The notes under the pieces: generated by a model
The model's input: only the letters and a program-made list of their open reading frames with translations
Told to the model about the DNA's origin: nothing
Database searches by the model: none
From: a virus
DNA length: 64,000 nucleotides
Direction: 5' to 3' (one strand)
Virus record (IMG/VR): IMGVR_UViG_3300024346_006511
Coordinates: 32,001 to 96,000 of that record
Position numbers and translations under genes: made by a program
In this document: positions 1 through 9,442 of the stretch, piece after piece
Layout: each line of letters opens with the position of its first letter
How positions within the stretch are numbered: position 1 is the first letter of the stretch

Positions 1-356
1 TCTAAGGTATGATGAGTGATTACCATATCTTTATATCTAGTAGTCATAAACTCATGAGGGTATGTTGAACTCTCAATATAATGTATGTCTACATCTTTGA
101 ACTTATACAAGTGAGAAACATCTCCTATGAGAGCTGCTCTCTTTTTATTCTTAACTACTTCTAATGGTTCTCCGTAATACTCCAAGAGTCTCTCAAGGTC
201 TTTATGGTCATATGTAAATACATCTACATCGTTAATTACATTATCAGAGGAACCTAAAAGGAAATAATCTTCTATACTTCCTCCTATGTAAGCATCTTCC
301 GTGTAATAAAGAATAGTCTTGAGATGATATTCTAAATGAGCTGGAATATTATGCAT
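1..356 (-). CDS. partial gene running off the window edge; nucleotidyltransferase-like hypothetical protein
   Basis: Manual translation from ATG at 356: MHNIPAHLEYHLKTILYYTEDAYIGGS...NDVDVF. GGS...DxD resembles the Pol-beta NTase motif. Confidence 0.5.
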   Translation of the reverse strand, partial: MHNIPAHLEYHLKTILYYTEDAYIGGSIEDYFLLGSSDNVINDVDVFTYDHKDLERLLEYYGEPLEVVKNKKRAALIGDVSHLYKFKDVDIHYIESSTYPHEFMTTRYKDMVITHHTL

Positions 357-359
357 TAA

Positions 360-947
360 CTAAAATTCTGATCTACTTCTAGTAACTTTATTAGTAAGTG
401 TTTGAACCTTTTGTGTTTGTATTACTATGAATGTATCGTTAACTTCTATTGTCTTATATTTAGGAGAGTGTTTAATTAGAAACTCGTCTACTGCCTGTTT
501 AGTTCCATCGAATGTTTGATAGTCTGTAACTATAATTACGCTTCCTGGAGGCATATACTTTTCAAAGTTTTCTAATCCATGAAGTGTGCTTGAGTAACTA
601 ATCAAATGTGAATGCACAATAGAGACAGGAGTCTTATCATACCTTGTAGGTAACGTCTCTTCTATATAACCTTTAACTAACTCAACTTTGGTATTGATAG
701 TATTCTTAATATCATAAGCTGGTTGTGGAGGTCTTTTAAAGTCTCCTTTTTTAAACGCTTGATTATCTTCAGAGGTTGGTTCATTATATCCATCAAAGGA
801 TTCATAAATCCAAATGTTCCTTTTATTTATTTCTATATTATTCATGTAGGAAATAAATTCTTTCAAACTATTACCTCTACCGAATCCTAATTCAATCAGA
901 GACCCAGGTACTGCGTCTGCTAATTTAAGTGCGTCTTTATATTCCAT
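360..947 (-). CDS. TylF/MycF-like O-methyltransferase (divergent)
   Basis: GSLIELGFGRGNS, ESFDG, LVKGYIEETLP, PGSVIIVTDY...GTKQAVDEF follow the TylF motif order. Confidence 0.7.
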   Translation of the reverse strand: MEYKDALKLADAVPGSLIELGFGRGNSLKEFISYMNNIEINKRNIWIYESFDGYNEPTSEDNQAFKKGDFKRPPQPAYDIKNTINTKVELVKGYIEETLPTRYDKTPVSIVHSHLISYSSTLHGLENFEKYMPPGSVIIVTDYQTFDGTKQAVDEFLIKHSPKYKTIEVNDTFIVIQTQKVQTLTNKVTRSRSEF

Positions 948-961
948 ATTTATAAATAGGT

Positions 962-1120
962 TTATCTTGGATTAGGTACCAATCTAAAATTACAGCCAGG
1001 CTTTCCATTTATCATCGGCATTCCAAATTCATCATACTCTATAGTCTTAACCTTAACTCTTTTATTTTTAAATCTACCAACCATGATAGTATCTCCTACT
1101 TTGACATCTATCTTAATCAT
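962..1120 (-). CDS. small hypothetical protein (52 aa; not in ORF track)
   Basis: MIKIDVKVGDTIMVGRFKNKRVKVKTIEYDEFGMPMINGKPGCNFRLVPNPR; ATGA overlap with the upstream stop. Confidence 0.7.
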   Translation of the reverse strand: MIKIDVKVGDTIMVGRFKNKRVKVKTIEYDEFGMPMINGKPGCNFRLVPNPR

Positions 1121-1740
1121 AATGTATCGTAATATTCGTTTTGCTTTTCTTGCCTCTCTATGTCTTTAGGGTGGTAAAGTGCCATAGATTCTATTTGAGG
1201 CAATGGAGCATACGTCTTGAACCCTTCAAGCTTTTCATGCACCTTATTAACCCAGTTTATATCATCTGAGTTTTTATATATTCTCCATTGGTAATCAGGC
1301 CAGTTAACCCATCCTGAATCATTTACATTCCAACCCCATTTACTAATATGTTCATCTGTTAATCCATCAACAGTGTTAACTCTAGGAACTAAGTAAACTT
1401 CATTATCAGGATTAGATTCTAGTATGCCTGGAAGATTAGCTATCAAAGCTTCGTTAGGTATTTCATCTGCATCTATCTGAAAGATATAATCTCCACCGCA
1501 TAAGGAGGTAAGTTTATTTTTCCAATCAGCAAAGTGACCTTTAAACGTTTCTGGGAATGCTAGTACTAGTTGTTGGCTCTGTAGACCTACTAGGTAGTCC
1601 CATACTTCTGCTGTACCGTTACGCTTATCGAATAGAATTATAACTTCATCCTCTTCTCTAATATTAGACATTAGGGTAGATACGAGTTTTTGAATCTCTT
1701 TGTATTCGTTACAAACTGTTATGGCATAGCTTATTATCAT
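1117..1740 (-). CDS. glycosyltransferase family 2
   Basis: ISYAITVCNE start, DYIFQIDADE (DxD), WPDYQWRIY, VHE motifs. Confidence 0.85.
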   Translation of the reverse strand: MIISYAITVCNEYKEIQKLVSTLMSNIREEDEVIILFDKRNGTAEVWDYLVGLQSQQLVLAFPETFKGHFADWKNKLTSLCGGDYIFQIDADEIPNEALIANLPGILESNPDNEVYLVPRVNTVDGLTDEHISKWGWNVNDSGWVNWPDYQWRIYKNSDDINWVNKVHEKLEGFKTYAPLPQIESMALYHPKDIERQEKQNEYYDTL

Positions 1741-2207
1741 GCTTGTGGTGCTAAAGCAAAGAACCCTATATGATCCATAGCGTCCATAAAGTCATCTTTA
1801 CCGAATACTTTCTTCGCTGACATTTCCATCTTATAATCATTTCCTTCCGGAAACTTACCAGATGCTCTATCCTCTTTGGTTAACTTAACAGCTTTTACAG
1901 CAGTCCAGCTCCAGTTGTCTTTATCTGAACCGTCTAAGAAAACCATTCCTTTAGCAGGTAATGTAATCGTAGCAGGAAGCCATACTTTTTTATCCTTATC
2001 TGTATGTAATAAATCCTTATACAGTGAAGGAGCTGTTTCTAGCAAATTATTGACTGTTGTTGATCCTTCAGTCATTATTGTTGAAGTAGTAAAGCCACTA
2101 CCGAAACATAGCCACGTTGTTATTGTTTTTCCTTCTTGTTCAAATGATGTTTCATAACATGCATCACTTCCGAAAGGACCTTCTACTAATGAATCTTTAT
2201 CTATCAT
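1737..2207 (-). CDS. hypothetical protein
   Basis: ORF translationally coupled within the glycosyltransferase operon. Confidence 0.75.
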   Translation of the reverse strand: MIDKDSLVEGPFGSDACYETSFEQEGKTITTWLCFGSGFTTSTIMTEGSTTVNNLLETAPSLYKDLLHTDKDKKVWLPATITLPAKGMVFLDGSDKDNWSWTAVKAVKLTKEDRASGKFPEGNDYKMEMSAKKVFGKDDFMDAMDHIGFFALAPQA

Positions 2208-2210
2208 AAC

Positions 2211-3491
2211 TTATAATTTTGGTAAATCTAATTTAGGTAATGTTAATTGTATTTGTTTAGGAAATTCTGGAAGATTACTATCTAATAGTTCGACTATCCT
2301 TTCACTCATTTTCTCAAATGTAAACTCTTCTAAGATTACTCTTCTTTGCTTTCTAGCTCCTACTATGCAATCTTTATAATGTTTAAATGTTTTCTTATAT
2401 GCCTTAGATACATCTGAATCGCTAGGTGTAAACCAAGCAGCTTCTGTAATAATCATATCCTTAAGCACAGAAGAAGGATGTACTTTCTCAATTGTACCTC
2501 CGATCAGTATTGATAAATCTTTATCTAAGAAATCTGTTTGACCTGACCATCCTGAGGCAATAATAGGTTTGCCTGTAGTAGCAAATTCAGCTAACGGTCT
2601 ACCGTATCCTTCCCCTTTAGTATGGCTAACCATGACTTTAACTTTAGGGTGATTATATAGATCGTTCATTTCACCATCTGTTAATTCTCCATGTAGTAAG
2701 TATATGTTAGCTAACCTTCCTCCTTTTACTGTTTTTCTAATAGAGTCTATCTTGCTAAGTATCTTTTCTCTGTCTATAATAGAGGTAGAAGAGGTACTAC
2801 ATTTTAATATTAAAGCAGGTTGCTTCTGTTTTGTTTTAAACGTTTCTAAGAACGTCTTTACAGTGTAGCCTATATTCTTTCTATCGTGTCCAAAGTCTCC
2901 TTGCATCCAATGTCCTACACTAAGATAACAAAATGATTCTGGTATAGTATTAATATCTGAGGTAAACTCTGTCTTTGCTGATGTTTTAGTTTGAAAGTAT
3001 TTAGTAGTATCTACTCCTTCAAATAGAACCTCAATAGGCTTTTCTAATTTTAGTTCCTTAATCTTCTGATTTGTATTTTTATCTATTGCATCTACTACTG
3101 TATTAACAAATACATTCTTCGAGTGCTCAGAAGATGTTAGTATAAGATCCATCTTATTACATCCCTCTAACCAACCTCCATGGCATTGGTCAGTCTCAAT
3201 ACCAGCAGTAACGCCAATACTATACTTACCAACGTTTTGAAATTCATTCGGTACAGTAATCTGAATCCATATGTCAGGTTGAGTTTGAAGACCAGGTATA
3301 ATTAGAGACGATAATTCATCTTCTTTATGATCTTCTAGGTAACCAAATTTAGTATTACCCCAGCGTTGACTTATTATATTAACGTTGTATGTACCTGTAT
3401 TGACTATAGCTTTAACAAAGTCTCTTGACCTAGCTCCATATCCAGAGTAAGTATCTATAGGGCAACTTATAACTAGTGTTGATTTACTCAT
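2211..3491 (-). CDS. GT-B (GT4-like) glycosyltransferase
   Basis: SGYG N-terminal motif, RKN, and GEGYGRPLAE (E-x7-E). Confidence 0.85.
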   Translation of the reverse strand: MSKSTLVISCPIDTYSGYGARSRDFVKAIVNTGTYNVNIISQRWGNTKFGYLEDHKEDELSSLIIPGLQTQPDIWIQITVPNEFQNVGKYSIGVTAGIETDQCHGGWLEGCNKMDLILTSSEHSKNVFVNTVVDAIDKNTNQKIKELKLEKPIEVLFEGVDTTKYFQTKTSAKTEFTSDINTIPESFCYLSVGHWMQGDFGHDRKNIGYTVKTFLETFKTKQKQPALILKCSTSSTSIIDREKILSKIDSIRKTVKGGRLANIYLLHGELTDGEMNDLYNHPKVKVMVSHTKGEGYGRPLAEFATTGKPIIASGWSGQTDFLDKDLSILIGGTIEKVHPSSVLKDMIITEAAWFTPSDSDVSKAYKKTFKHYKDCIVGARKQRRVILEEFTFEKMSERIVELLDSNLPEFPKQIQLTLPKLDLPKL

Positions 3492-3492
3492 A

Positions 3493-4929
3493 TTAATAAC
3501 CTGTTAATTTATGTTTAATTAATTTACTTGGTTGATTTTCAACCTTAATAAGATCGTATCTAGGTCTAGGAACATAAGTCTCAAATGTTTCTTCTATAGC
3601 TTCTGCTATCCTATCACTCATTACTTTAGCTGTAAAGCCAGCTTCTTCTGACATAGCCCATTCTCTACCTTTAAGTCCTCTAGCATCTCTTTCTTCCTTA
3701 GGTAAGTTAAATACTTCTTCTAATCTATCTGCTACTGCTTCTGGAGAGCATCTATCGTCAAATATATACGGAGTAGGTACTGAACCTGCAAGAGAAATAT
3801 TATCTGGAAAGACTGGTAAGTTCCATTCTCCATGTTCTTTATACGTCCCTCTATGGTTAGAAGGTATATCAGCAGAAGGAGTATACCATTCTCCGTTCTC
3901 ATCTACGAATCTACTTTGATCTTGCATTCCACCGGTAACATTTGATATTGTCATCGTACCAGCAAGCATCGATTCAGTTAGAGATAATCCCCATCCTTCG
4001 TTTGATGATATCAACATTGTAACGTCTGCTAAGTTATACATACCGTTCATCTGGATAGGATTGATCTTAGTCGTAGAGAAGAATACATTAACGTACTCTG
4101 GATCACAGAGTGCATTCTTAACGGCGTTTAAGTCTGTACCGTGTTGGTCAACAGGAGCTGTATGCATTACTAACGCACACTTTTTAGCTTTTTCTTTTCC
4201 TATCTTATCACAGAATAGTTTAAAAGCTAGTATTACATCTGCTGGTCTCTTTCTCTGAATGTTTCTAGAGTTAAAGAAAGCAACAAATTCATACTCTTTA
4301 CCGTTGAATACGCCTTTTTTAAAGTTTAAAAACTCTTCATTCTCTTTTGCATTTTCAATAGGTCTAAAGATATCAGTATCTATTCCATGAGGAATATATT
4401 TTAATAGCTTATCATCTGCTTTGTTTCCTAATACTAATTGATTAATTAATTTAGTCTGCTTAGAAATACTAAGAAGAGTATCTACTGAATCGTAGTAGTT
4501 TTCATTGTACTTAGGTGCAGGAAACTCATCCCAGATGTTTAACCAGATGATAGGAATTTGGCTTCTAACTTCTCTTTCAATTTCAAATAACCAAATCCAA
4601 TATCTAGGATCAGTAAAGATAAAAATAGCATCAGGCTTTTCTCTCTTTAGAAGATCTCTAACTAATTGGGCATTACCGTATCCACTGTAAGGAAGTATCC
4701 TAACATCTGCATCCTCTATTTTAAGTTGCTTATTAATGTCAGCTGATAGGTCTAATACCTTTCCTTTATCAGCATGATCTACTGCTGCTCCTACGTTTAA
4801 CCAATTGTAACGGTGACCGTTATTGACTACAAACTCTCTAGCCATAGTAGCTATTCCTGAATGCATTCTGATATCATCACAGAGTAGTAGTATCTTCTTT
4901 CTATCTTCTTTTTTAATATAACCTTCCAT
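3493..4929 (-). CDS. GT-B (GT4-like) glycosyltransferase
   Basis: HSGIA, IPHGID, RNIQRK, NEGWGLSLTESM (E-x7-E). Confidence 0.88.
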   Translation of the reverse strand: MEGYIKKEDRKKILLLCDDIRMHSGIATMAREFVVNNGHRYNWLNVGAAVDHADKGKVLDLSADINKQLKIEDADVRILPYSGYGNAQLVRDLLKREKPDAIFIFTDPRYWIWLFEIEREVRSQIPIIWLNIWDEFPAPKYNENYYDSVDTLLSISKQTKLINQLVLGNKADDKLLKYIPHGIDTDIFRPIENAKENEEFLNFKKGVFNGKEYEFVAFFNSRNIQRKRPADVILAFKLFCDKIGKEKAKKCALVMHTAPVDQHGTDLNAVKNALCDPEYVNVFFSTTKINPIQMNGMYNLADVTMLISSNEGWGLSLTESMLAGTMTISNVTGGMQDQSRFVDENGEWYTPSADIPSNHRGTYKEHGEWNLPVFPDNISLAGSVPTPYIFDDRCSPEAVADRLEEVFNLPKEERDARGLKGREWAMSEEAGFTAKVMSDRIAEAIEETFETYVPRPRYDLIKVENQPSKLIKHKLTGY

Positions 4930-4934
4930 TAACC

Positions 4935-5120
4935 TTATTTTATTTTTATGTTGTTAATCTTATGTATTTTCTCTCGAAACTCATTATTAGTAAGATAGAG
5001 AAATATTGCCCGATCTGCAAGCTTTTTAAAAGAAAATTTATCTTCTAAACATGCATGCTTAAATTTATCGAATAAGGGTTTTGTAATTTTTACCGAAGTA
5101 AGGTGTTCATCGTGTTTCAT
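4935..5120 (-). CDS. small ribbon-helix-helix-like hypothetical protein
   Basis: LTSVKI strand followed by two predicted helices; TATTTATA motif upstream. Confidence 0.6.
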   Translation of the reverse strand: MKHDEHLTSVKITKPLFDKFKHACLEDKFSFKKLADRAIFLYLTNNEFREKIHKINNIKIK

Positions 5121-5154
5121 AACTTTAATATATCTTTATATAAATATATACTTT

Positions 5155-6066
5155 TTAGACAAAAGGCGAACAATGTTCACATTTTCCGAAAGGATTAGTA
5201 CATTTGTAGTCTTTATCTACATATTGACCTTTGTCATCTAGTACATCTTCTATAAACTTATCTACTGTTGCAATTACTTGTTTAGTTTTTCTAGGACCTG
5301 CATTAGGGCTAAACTCTTGAACTCGTCTTTGCATACTAGCAAACTCTGCTTCTGCTGGTACTCTACGTTTAACGATAAAGTACTGAACATCAATCTTTTC
5401 TTTAGGTATGTTAAACTGCTTAGAAAAGTATTCTTTATACATTACAACTTGAGCTGTAAGGTTAGGGTTCTTTTTTTGATAATCTCTCCAACCGGATGTA
5501 GAAGTTTTAATGTCCATAATCGTCCAAGTGTCTGAGTTAGGATGATAAAAGACTAAGTCTACTAACCCTTTAAACATTACTCCAGGTTTAATTTGTTGAT
5601 ATAGTAGAGTTTCTACTCCAGCTAACATCATAGTTTTGGTACTGAAGTAAGACGCTCTTTTCTTAGTAAGGTACTCTAATATATGTTTACCGTCAAGCCA
5701 GAACTCAGTCATTTGATCCATATTGGAATAATGCTCTCCGTTCATTTGTGCTCTACCTCTCTTATATGATTTCACCATATTAGCGTAAAGTAGCTTACCT
5801 AAGTCTATATCGTTAGCAGTCTTTACCTTATCGTGATACATAATTGTTAACCACTCTTGCATAGTTTCATGCATAGCAGTACCAAAGCATGTATAGATAT
5901 TTTGAACAAAAGGAATATCCTTTCTAAGGTATTGCATCTCCCATAACTTAGGGCACTTATTATAAGTACTTACTGAGCTATATGAGATATGCTTATTCTT
6001 AGAAGGGGACTGTTTAATCTTACTGTTCCAAACTTCTTTTACTAAACCTTTTAGCTTCTTAGCCAT
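5155..6066 (-). CDS. PD-(D/E)xK nuclease, Cas4/RecB-like
   Basis: ISYS..KCP, FGTAMHE, GLVDLV, IMDIKT, C-terminal Cys cluster CTNPFGKCEHC. Confidence 0.85.
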   Translation of the reverse strand: MAKKLKGLVKEVWNSKIKQSPSKNKHISYSSVSTYNKCPKLWEMQYLRKDIPFVQNIYTCFGTAMHETMQEWLTIMYHDKVKTANDIDLGKLLYANMVKSYKRGRAQMNGEHYSNMDQMTEFWLDGKHILEYLTKKRASYFSTKTMMLAGVETLLYQQIKPGVMFKGLVDLVFYHPNSDTWTIMDIKTSTSGWRDYQKKNPNLTAQVVMYKEYFSKQFNIPKEKIDVQYFIVKRRVPAEAEFASMQRRVQEFSPNAGPRKTKQVIATVDKFIEDVLDDKGQYVDKDYKCTNPFGKCEHCSPFV

Positions 6067-6438
6067 TTAATCATTTTTCCACATACCTCTAGATACTAAC
6101 TGAGCAATAATACCGTAGTTAGTTACATCTTGAAAAGTATCAATTAGTGTTTCGTTCTGTGCTTTACGACCTGATATAATCATATTCTTCCATCTATTAA
6201 TCTTATCTGAAAGTCTATACCATAATCCAGTCATAGCAAACTCTGTCTCATCTTGAGTATCAAGATTAGTACCTGCACTTACATTATGCATACCATAGTC
6301 TAAATGCTTCTTAGCAAATAGTTCGAACTGTTCGTCCATAATTTCTTGATATCCATTGTAGATAGTTGGGTACTCATCTTTCAAAATATCTCTTGCCGAA
6401 GGAGGTCTCTTAGCATTCATAATTTCTCTATCACTCAT
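6067..6438 (-). CDS. DUF1599 / nucleotide-modification-associated domain protein
   Basis: KHLDYG, RLSDKINR, ETLIDTFQDVTNYGII; start re-placed to MSDRE at 6438. Confidence 0.75.
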   Translation of the reverse strand: MSDREIMNAKRPPSARDILKDEYPTIYNGYQEIMDEQFELFAKKHLDYGMHNVSAGTNLDTQDETEFAMTGLWYRLSDKINRWKNMIISGRKAQNETLIDTFQDVTNYGIIAQLVSRGMWKND

Positions 6439-6649
6439 TGTCGCCAAAATATGTTTGAAGGGTTTGTAATACATCATCAGCTTCAGCTAGTGCTTTAGCT
6501 GCATCTTCTGCATTGTTGTAAAAATCTGTGGTGGAATGATCTCCTATACCAACGGGGTGGTGCATTAGTAGATCGAATGTCATTAGTGCCTTTTCTTTCT
6601 GTGCTTCAAAGGTCTTTCGAAGCATCTTAATAACTCTGTATTGTGCCAT
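6431..6649 (-). CDS. hypothetical protein
   Basis: ORF follows a promoter motif; contains PVGIGDH. Confidence 0.75.
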   Translation of the reverse strand: MAQYRVIKMLRKTFEAQKEKALMTFDLLMHHPVGIGDHSTTDFYNNAEDAAKALAEADDVLQTLQTYFGDNE

Positions 6650-6678
6650 AACGTGATTTTAATAATAACTTATATATA

Positions 6679-6708
6679 AAGATACGATAATTTATTTAGA
6701 CTACCTAC
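6679..6708 (-). promoter_or_regulatory. early/middle promoter motif
   Basis: GTAG-N18-CGTATCTT on the minus strand. Confidence 0.6.
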
Positions 6709-7811
6709 ATATATCTAATAATATTATCATCTTTACTCATTTTTTTTTCAGTACCATCACTGTAGAGAACTCTATGGATGGATGGTCCTTTTTGAAGTAT
6801 TTTAACCGGATAAGGTTCTTCATCGTAATGTTCTCCTTCATTGCCGTTCTGACCAATAATGTTCATTCTCCTTTCTTCATCTTCGTCGTAGTCGTCTAAA
6901 GGATCTTTATCCTCTTCTGTTGGCGGATAGTCCTCTTCTTCTAATTCATCCCAAGGATCATCTTCAAATAACTCATCTTCAAATTCATTATATAAGTTCT
7001 TTCTATTAGCTTGATCGAATGCAAAATTAGCTGCTACTACGAGTGAAATTGCTAATGGATCGAATACAAAGATGATTATAAGTAATAAAATGTTAATTAT
7101 CTTATCCATAGGAGTACCGGTAAGTCCGGAAAGGTACTGTAAGGGACCTAATTCTCCTGCTGTATCAGCATTGTTTTCTAATTGAAGTATTTCTAATTGA
7201 AACTTCTGTAGGCTATCAGCAGCCACCACTCTCTGTGTATTAACAGCTTTCCGATTATCTTCTTCGACTTTAATCCTAGTCTGTGCCAAGCGTAGTTCAG
7301 CAGTGGAAACTGTGGATCTAACACCGCCCACAGCCGATGTGTCCCGTACTTGGATTGAGGTTGCCTTAGCACCACTGAGAGTACTAATGTTGTTAGAAAT
7401 TCTTTGAAGTTCTTCATCATATCTTAAAACATCGTCTTTATAAAATTTAGCTTTACTTTCTAAGAAAGATATCTCATTTTCCTGTACTTTAAGTTTTTGA
7501 TAAGTTTCTTGGTATGCTGCACTTAAGAATCCATAAATACCCATACTAGTGATAATAACTAGAATTGTGGCAGCAATCGTTAGATAGGTTCTAAGGTACT
7601 TATTAATAGTAGACCAGTATTGATATAGAAGTGAAGCTATAACTAGCTTAGAGACTTCTAAAGAACCAGCCATAATAATCACTTCAAAGCTTGCCCCAGC
7701 AAATAACTTGCTTAACCCACTCACCGAATAAAATGCGGCAGATGCAGATACGGACAATGCTGAAAGAGCAATTATCGATGGAAAGAAATTACGTTTGATT
7801 CTGTTTATCAT
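6705..7811 (-). CDS. membrane protein with coiled coil and acidic C-terminus
   Basis: Three N-terminal hydrophobic segments, a coiled coil, and a further TM (IIIFVFDPLAI). Confidence 0.8.
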   Translation of the reverse strand: MINRIKRNFFPSIIALSALSVSASAAFYSVSGLSKLFAGASFEVIIMAGSLEVSKLVIASLLYQYWSTINKYLRTYLTIAATILVIITSMGIYGFLSAAYQETYQKLKVQENEISFLESKAKFYKDDVLRYDEELQRISNNISTLSGAKATSIQVRDTSAVGGVRSTVSTAELRLAQTRIKVEEDNRKAVNTQRVVAADSLQKFQLEILQLENNADTAGELGPLQYLSGLTGTPMDKIINILLLIIIFVFDPLAISLVVAANFAFDQANRKNLYNEFEDELFEDDPWDELEEEDYPPTEEDKDPLDDYDEDEERRMNIIGQNGNEGEHYDEEPYPVKILQKGPSIHRVLYSDGTEKKMSKDDNIIRYM

Positions 7812-8203
7812 TGTACTAGCAATAAAAGAGTTGCTACTGCTCCCACAGTAGTTCCTATCTTATAAATAGTTGATTGTCTCTTTTGTCGTTTAAGAGCCAC
7901 TTCAAAATCTTTAGTTAATGAAGATTGAGTTTCGTATTTTTTATTTAATTCCCTAATTACAGACTCTAAATTAGTGTTTTGTAGTTTAATATTAGTAACT
8001 AATTGGTTCTGAATTAGAAGTTTACTATTAGTTTCTGATAGAATAGATTGCATGGTCTGCATTTCAGTAGATAGACCATCGAATTGTATTAAGTCTTTTA
8101 TAACTAACTTAGCTATAGGCTTAGTTAATTGAATCTTTGTACTGTCTATAGCGTTCTGTGAAAAAGTGTTGAAGCTCATCATCGACAAGATTGTCAACAG
8201 CAT
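7808..8203 (-). CDS. secreted coiled-coil protein with C-terminal hydrophobic tail (spanin-like candidate)
   Basis: Signal peptide ending FS|Q, heptad region, C-terminal IGTTVGAVATLLLLVQ; overlaps the upstream gene. Confidence 0.6.
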   Translation of the reverse strand: MLLTILSMMSFNTFSQNAIDSTKIQLTKPIAKLVIKDLIQFDGLSTEMQTMQSILSETNSKLLIQNQLVTNIKLQNTNLESVIRELNKKYETQSSLTKDFEVALKRQKRQSTIYKIGTTVGAVATLLLLVQ

Positions 8204-8492
8204 CAAGTTTTTGTTTAGTCTCTCTTTTAATAACATAAATTCTTGAATTTAATTTTTTAATTTTACTATCGTATTCACCTATCTTAAGATTAAGAGAGTC
8301 AGCTTCTAATTTTAATCCTGAGTTCTCTACTCTGATAGAGTCTATTTTTCTCTCTAAGAGCTCAATTTTAAGCTCATAGGATTTAACGTCTACTTCTATT
8401 TTAGGTTGTCCCCATACCATCCATGCTACAAATCCTCCTAGGATAGCAAACAATAGGTAACCTTGTAAACCTTGTGGTCGTTGTACATTCAT
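8121..8492 (-). CDS. N-terminal TM plus coiled-coil protein (i-spanin-like candidate)
   Basis: TM YLLFAILGGFVAWMVWG followed by a long coiled coil; next to the endolysin candidate. Confidence 0.6.
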   Translation of the reverse strand: MNVQRPQGLQGYLLFAILGGFVAWMVWGQPKIEVDVKSYELKIELLERKIDSIRVENSGLKLEADSLNLKIGEYDSKIKKLNSRIYVIKRETKQKLDAVDNLVDDELQHFFTERYRQYKDSIN

Positions 8493-8497
8493 AACTA

Positions 8498-8528
8498 CAA
8501 TATATGAAATTTAATTTAAACTAGCAAC
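8498..8528 (-). promoter_or_regulatory. early/middle promoter motif
   Basis: GTTG-N18-CATATATTG. Confidence 0.7.
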
Positions 8529-8530
8529 TA

Positions 8531-9139
8531 TTAGACGATATCTTTCGATTCTAATAAGGTATAAGTAAATGAGTTTCCCCATATGTTCTTAGCTTCATGA
8601 CAGATTTCCATAAATTCTTTGAAATCAGAATTAGCTGCGATTACTTGACACCCTGCAGACCATTTGTCTACTCTAATAGATTTACCGCCTTCTTTGGCAG
8701 TAGCTCTATGAATGTTAATTCCGTAGATACCTTCCTTAACATTCTCTTCAATTAGGTCGTACTCATTATCTTTGTCACCATCTCTATATACTTTCAATGG
8801 TTTCTTCTGACCTAATGCTTCATACTTACCTGCGTGTAATCTAATCTTATGTGAACCTCTATACTGTCCAGGTTTAAGAATAGCTACTCCATCAGGGTTA
8901 AGTAAGTTTTCTGCCCAATGTGTTCCTGGGTCAGTAGTTGCTTCGTAGCATTTAAATTGCCAGTTGCCGTCAAAATCAACAAACGATAAAGTTACATGAT
9001 CGTCAAATCTATTTGTAATTCTATTATTAGTTGAAGAGTTTCTTACTCCTACGATATTTACATCGTACCCTTTTGCAGATTCAAACCAAACGTATCCTTT
9101 TGATCTAACTGCGTGTTTTATTTGTTCTAATGTATACAT
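8531..9139 (-). CDS. YkuD/L,D-transpeptidase-like peptidoglycan enzyme, candidate endolysin
   Basis: GINIH-x16-SAGC matches the His...Ser-x-Gly-Cys catalytic motif; follows a holin-like gene. Confidence 0.65.
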   Translation of the reverse strand: MYTLEQIKHAVRSKGYVWFESAKGYDVNIVGVRNSSTNNRITNRFDDHVTLSFVDFDGNWQFKCYEATTDPGTHWAENLLNPDGVAILKPGQYRGSHKIRLHAGKYEALGQKKPLKVYRDGDKDNEYDLIEENVKEGIYGINIHRATAKEGGKSIRVDKWSAGCQVIAANSDFKEFMEICHEAKNIWGNSFTYTLLESKDIV

Positions 9140-9141
9140 AC

Positions 9142-9399
9142 TTATTTGTTTCTTTGCCCGAATGCTTTACCAGCTTCAGCAATACCGAAAGCACCTAATA
9201 CTACCCATACAAAGGAGTTATAGATAAATTCGTTTATTACTAGGTCTTTGCCTAGGTAACCAGTTAATAAATCAGCACATGCGAATAATACCATTATTAC
9301 GAATGCTGCGAAACCAACTACTGATTTCTCGTTGATGTCATTTTCATCTTTGAATATGTCTTTAAAAGCCATCCATTTACGTTTTAAATTTTTAAACAT
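9142..9399 (-). CDS. holin-like two-TM membrane protein
   Basis: Two TM segments, basic C-terminus, upstream of the endolysin candidate; starts at 9399 or 9372. Confidence 0.55.
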   Translation of the reverse strand: MFKNLKRKWMAFKDIFKDENDINEKSVVGFAAFVIMVLFACADLLTGYLGKDLVINEFIYNSFVWVVLGAFGIAEAGKAFGQRNK

Positions 9400-9442
9400 A
9401 AAATAACAATTTAAGTGAAACGTTCTTTGATATAAATAGTAG

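Noticed and set aside
5155-6066. Cas4-like nuclease as evidence of a CRISPR locus
   Set aside because: No repeat-spacer array or other cas genes were seen; solo Cas4-like nucleases are common in phages.
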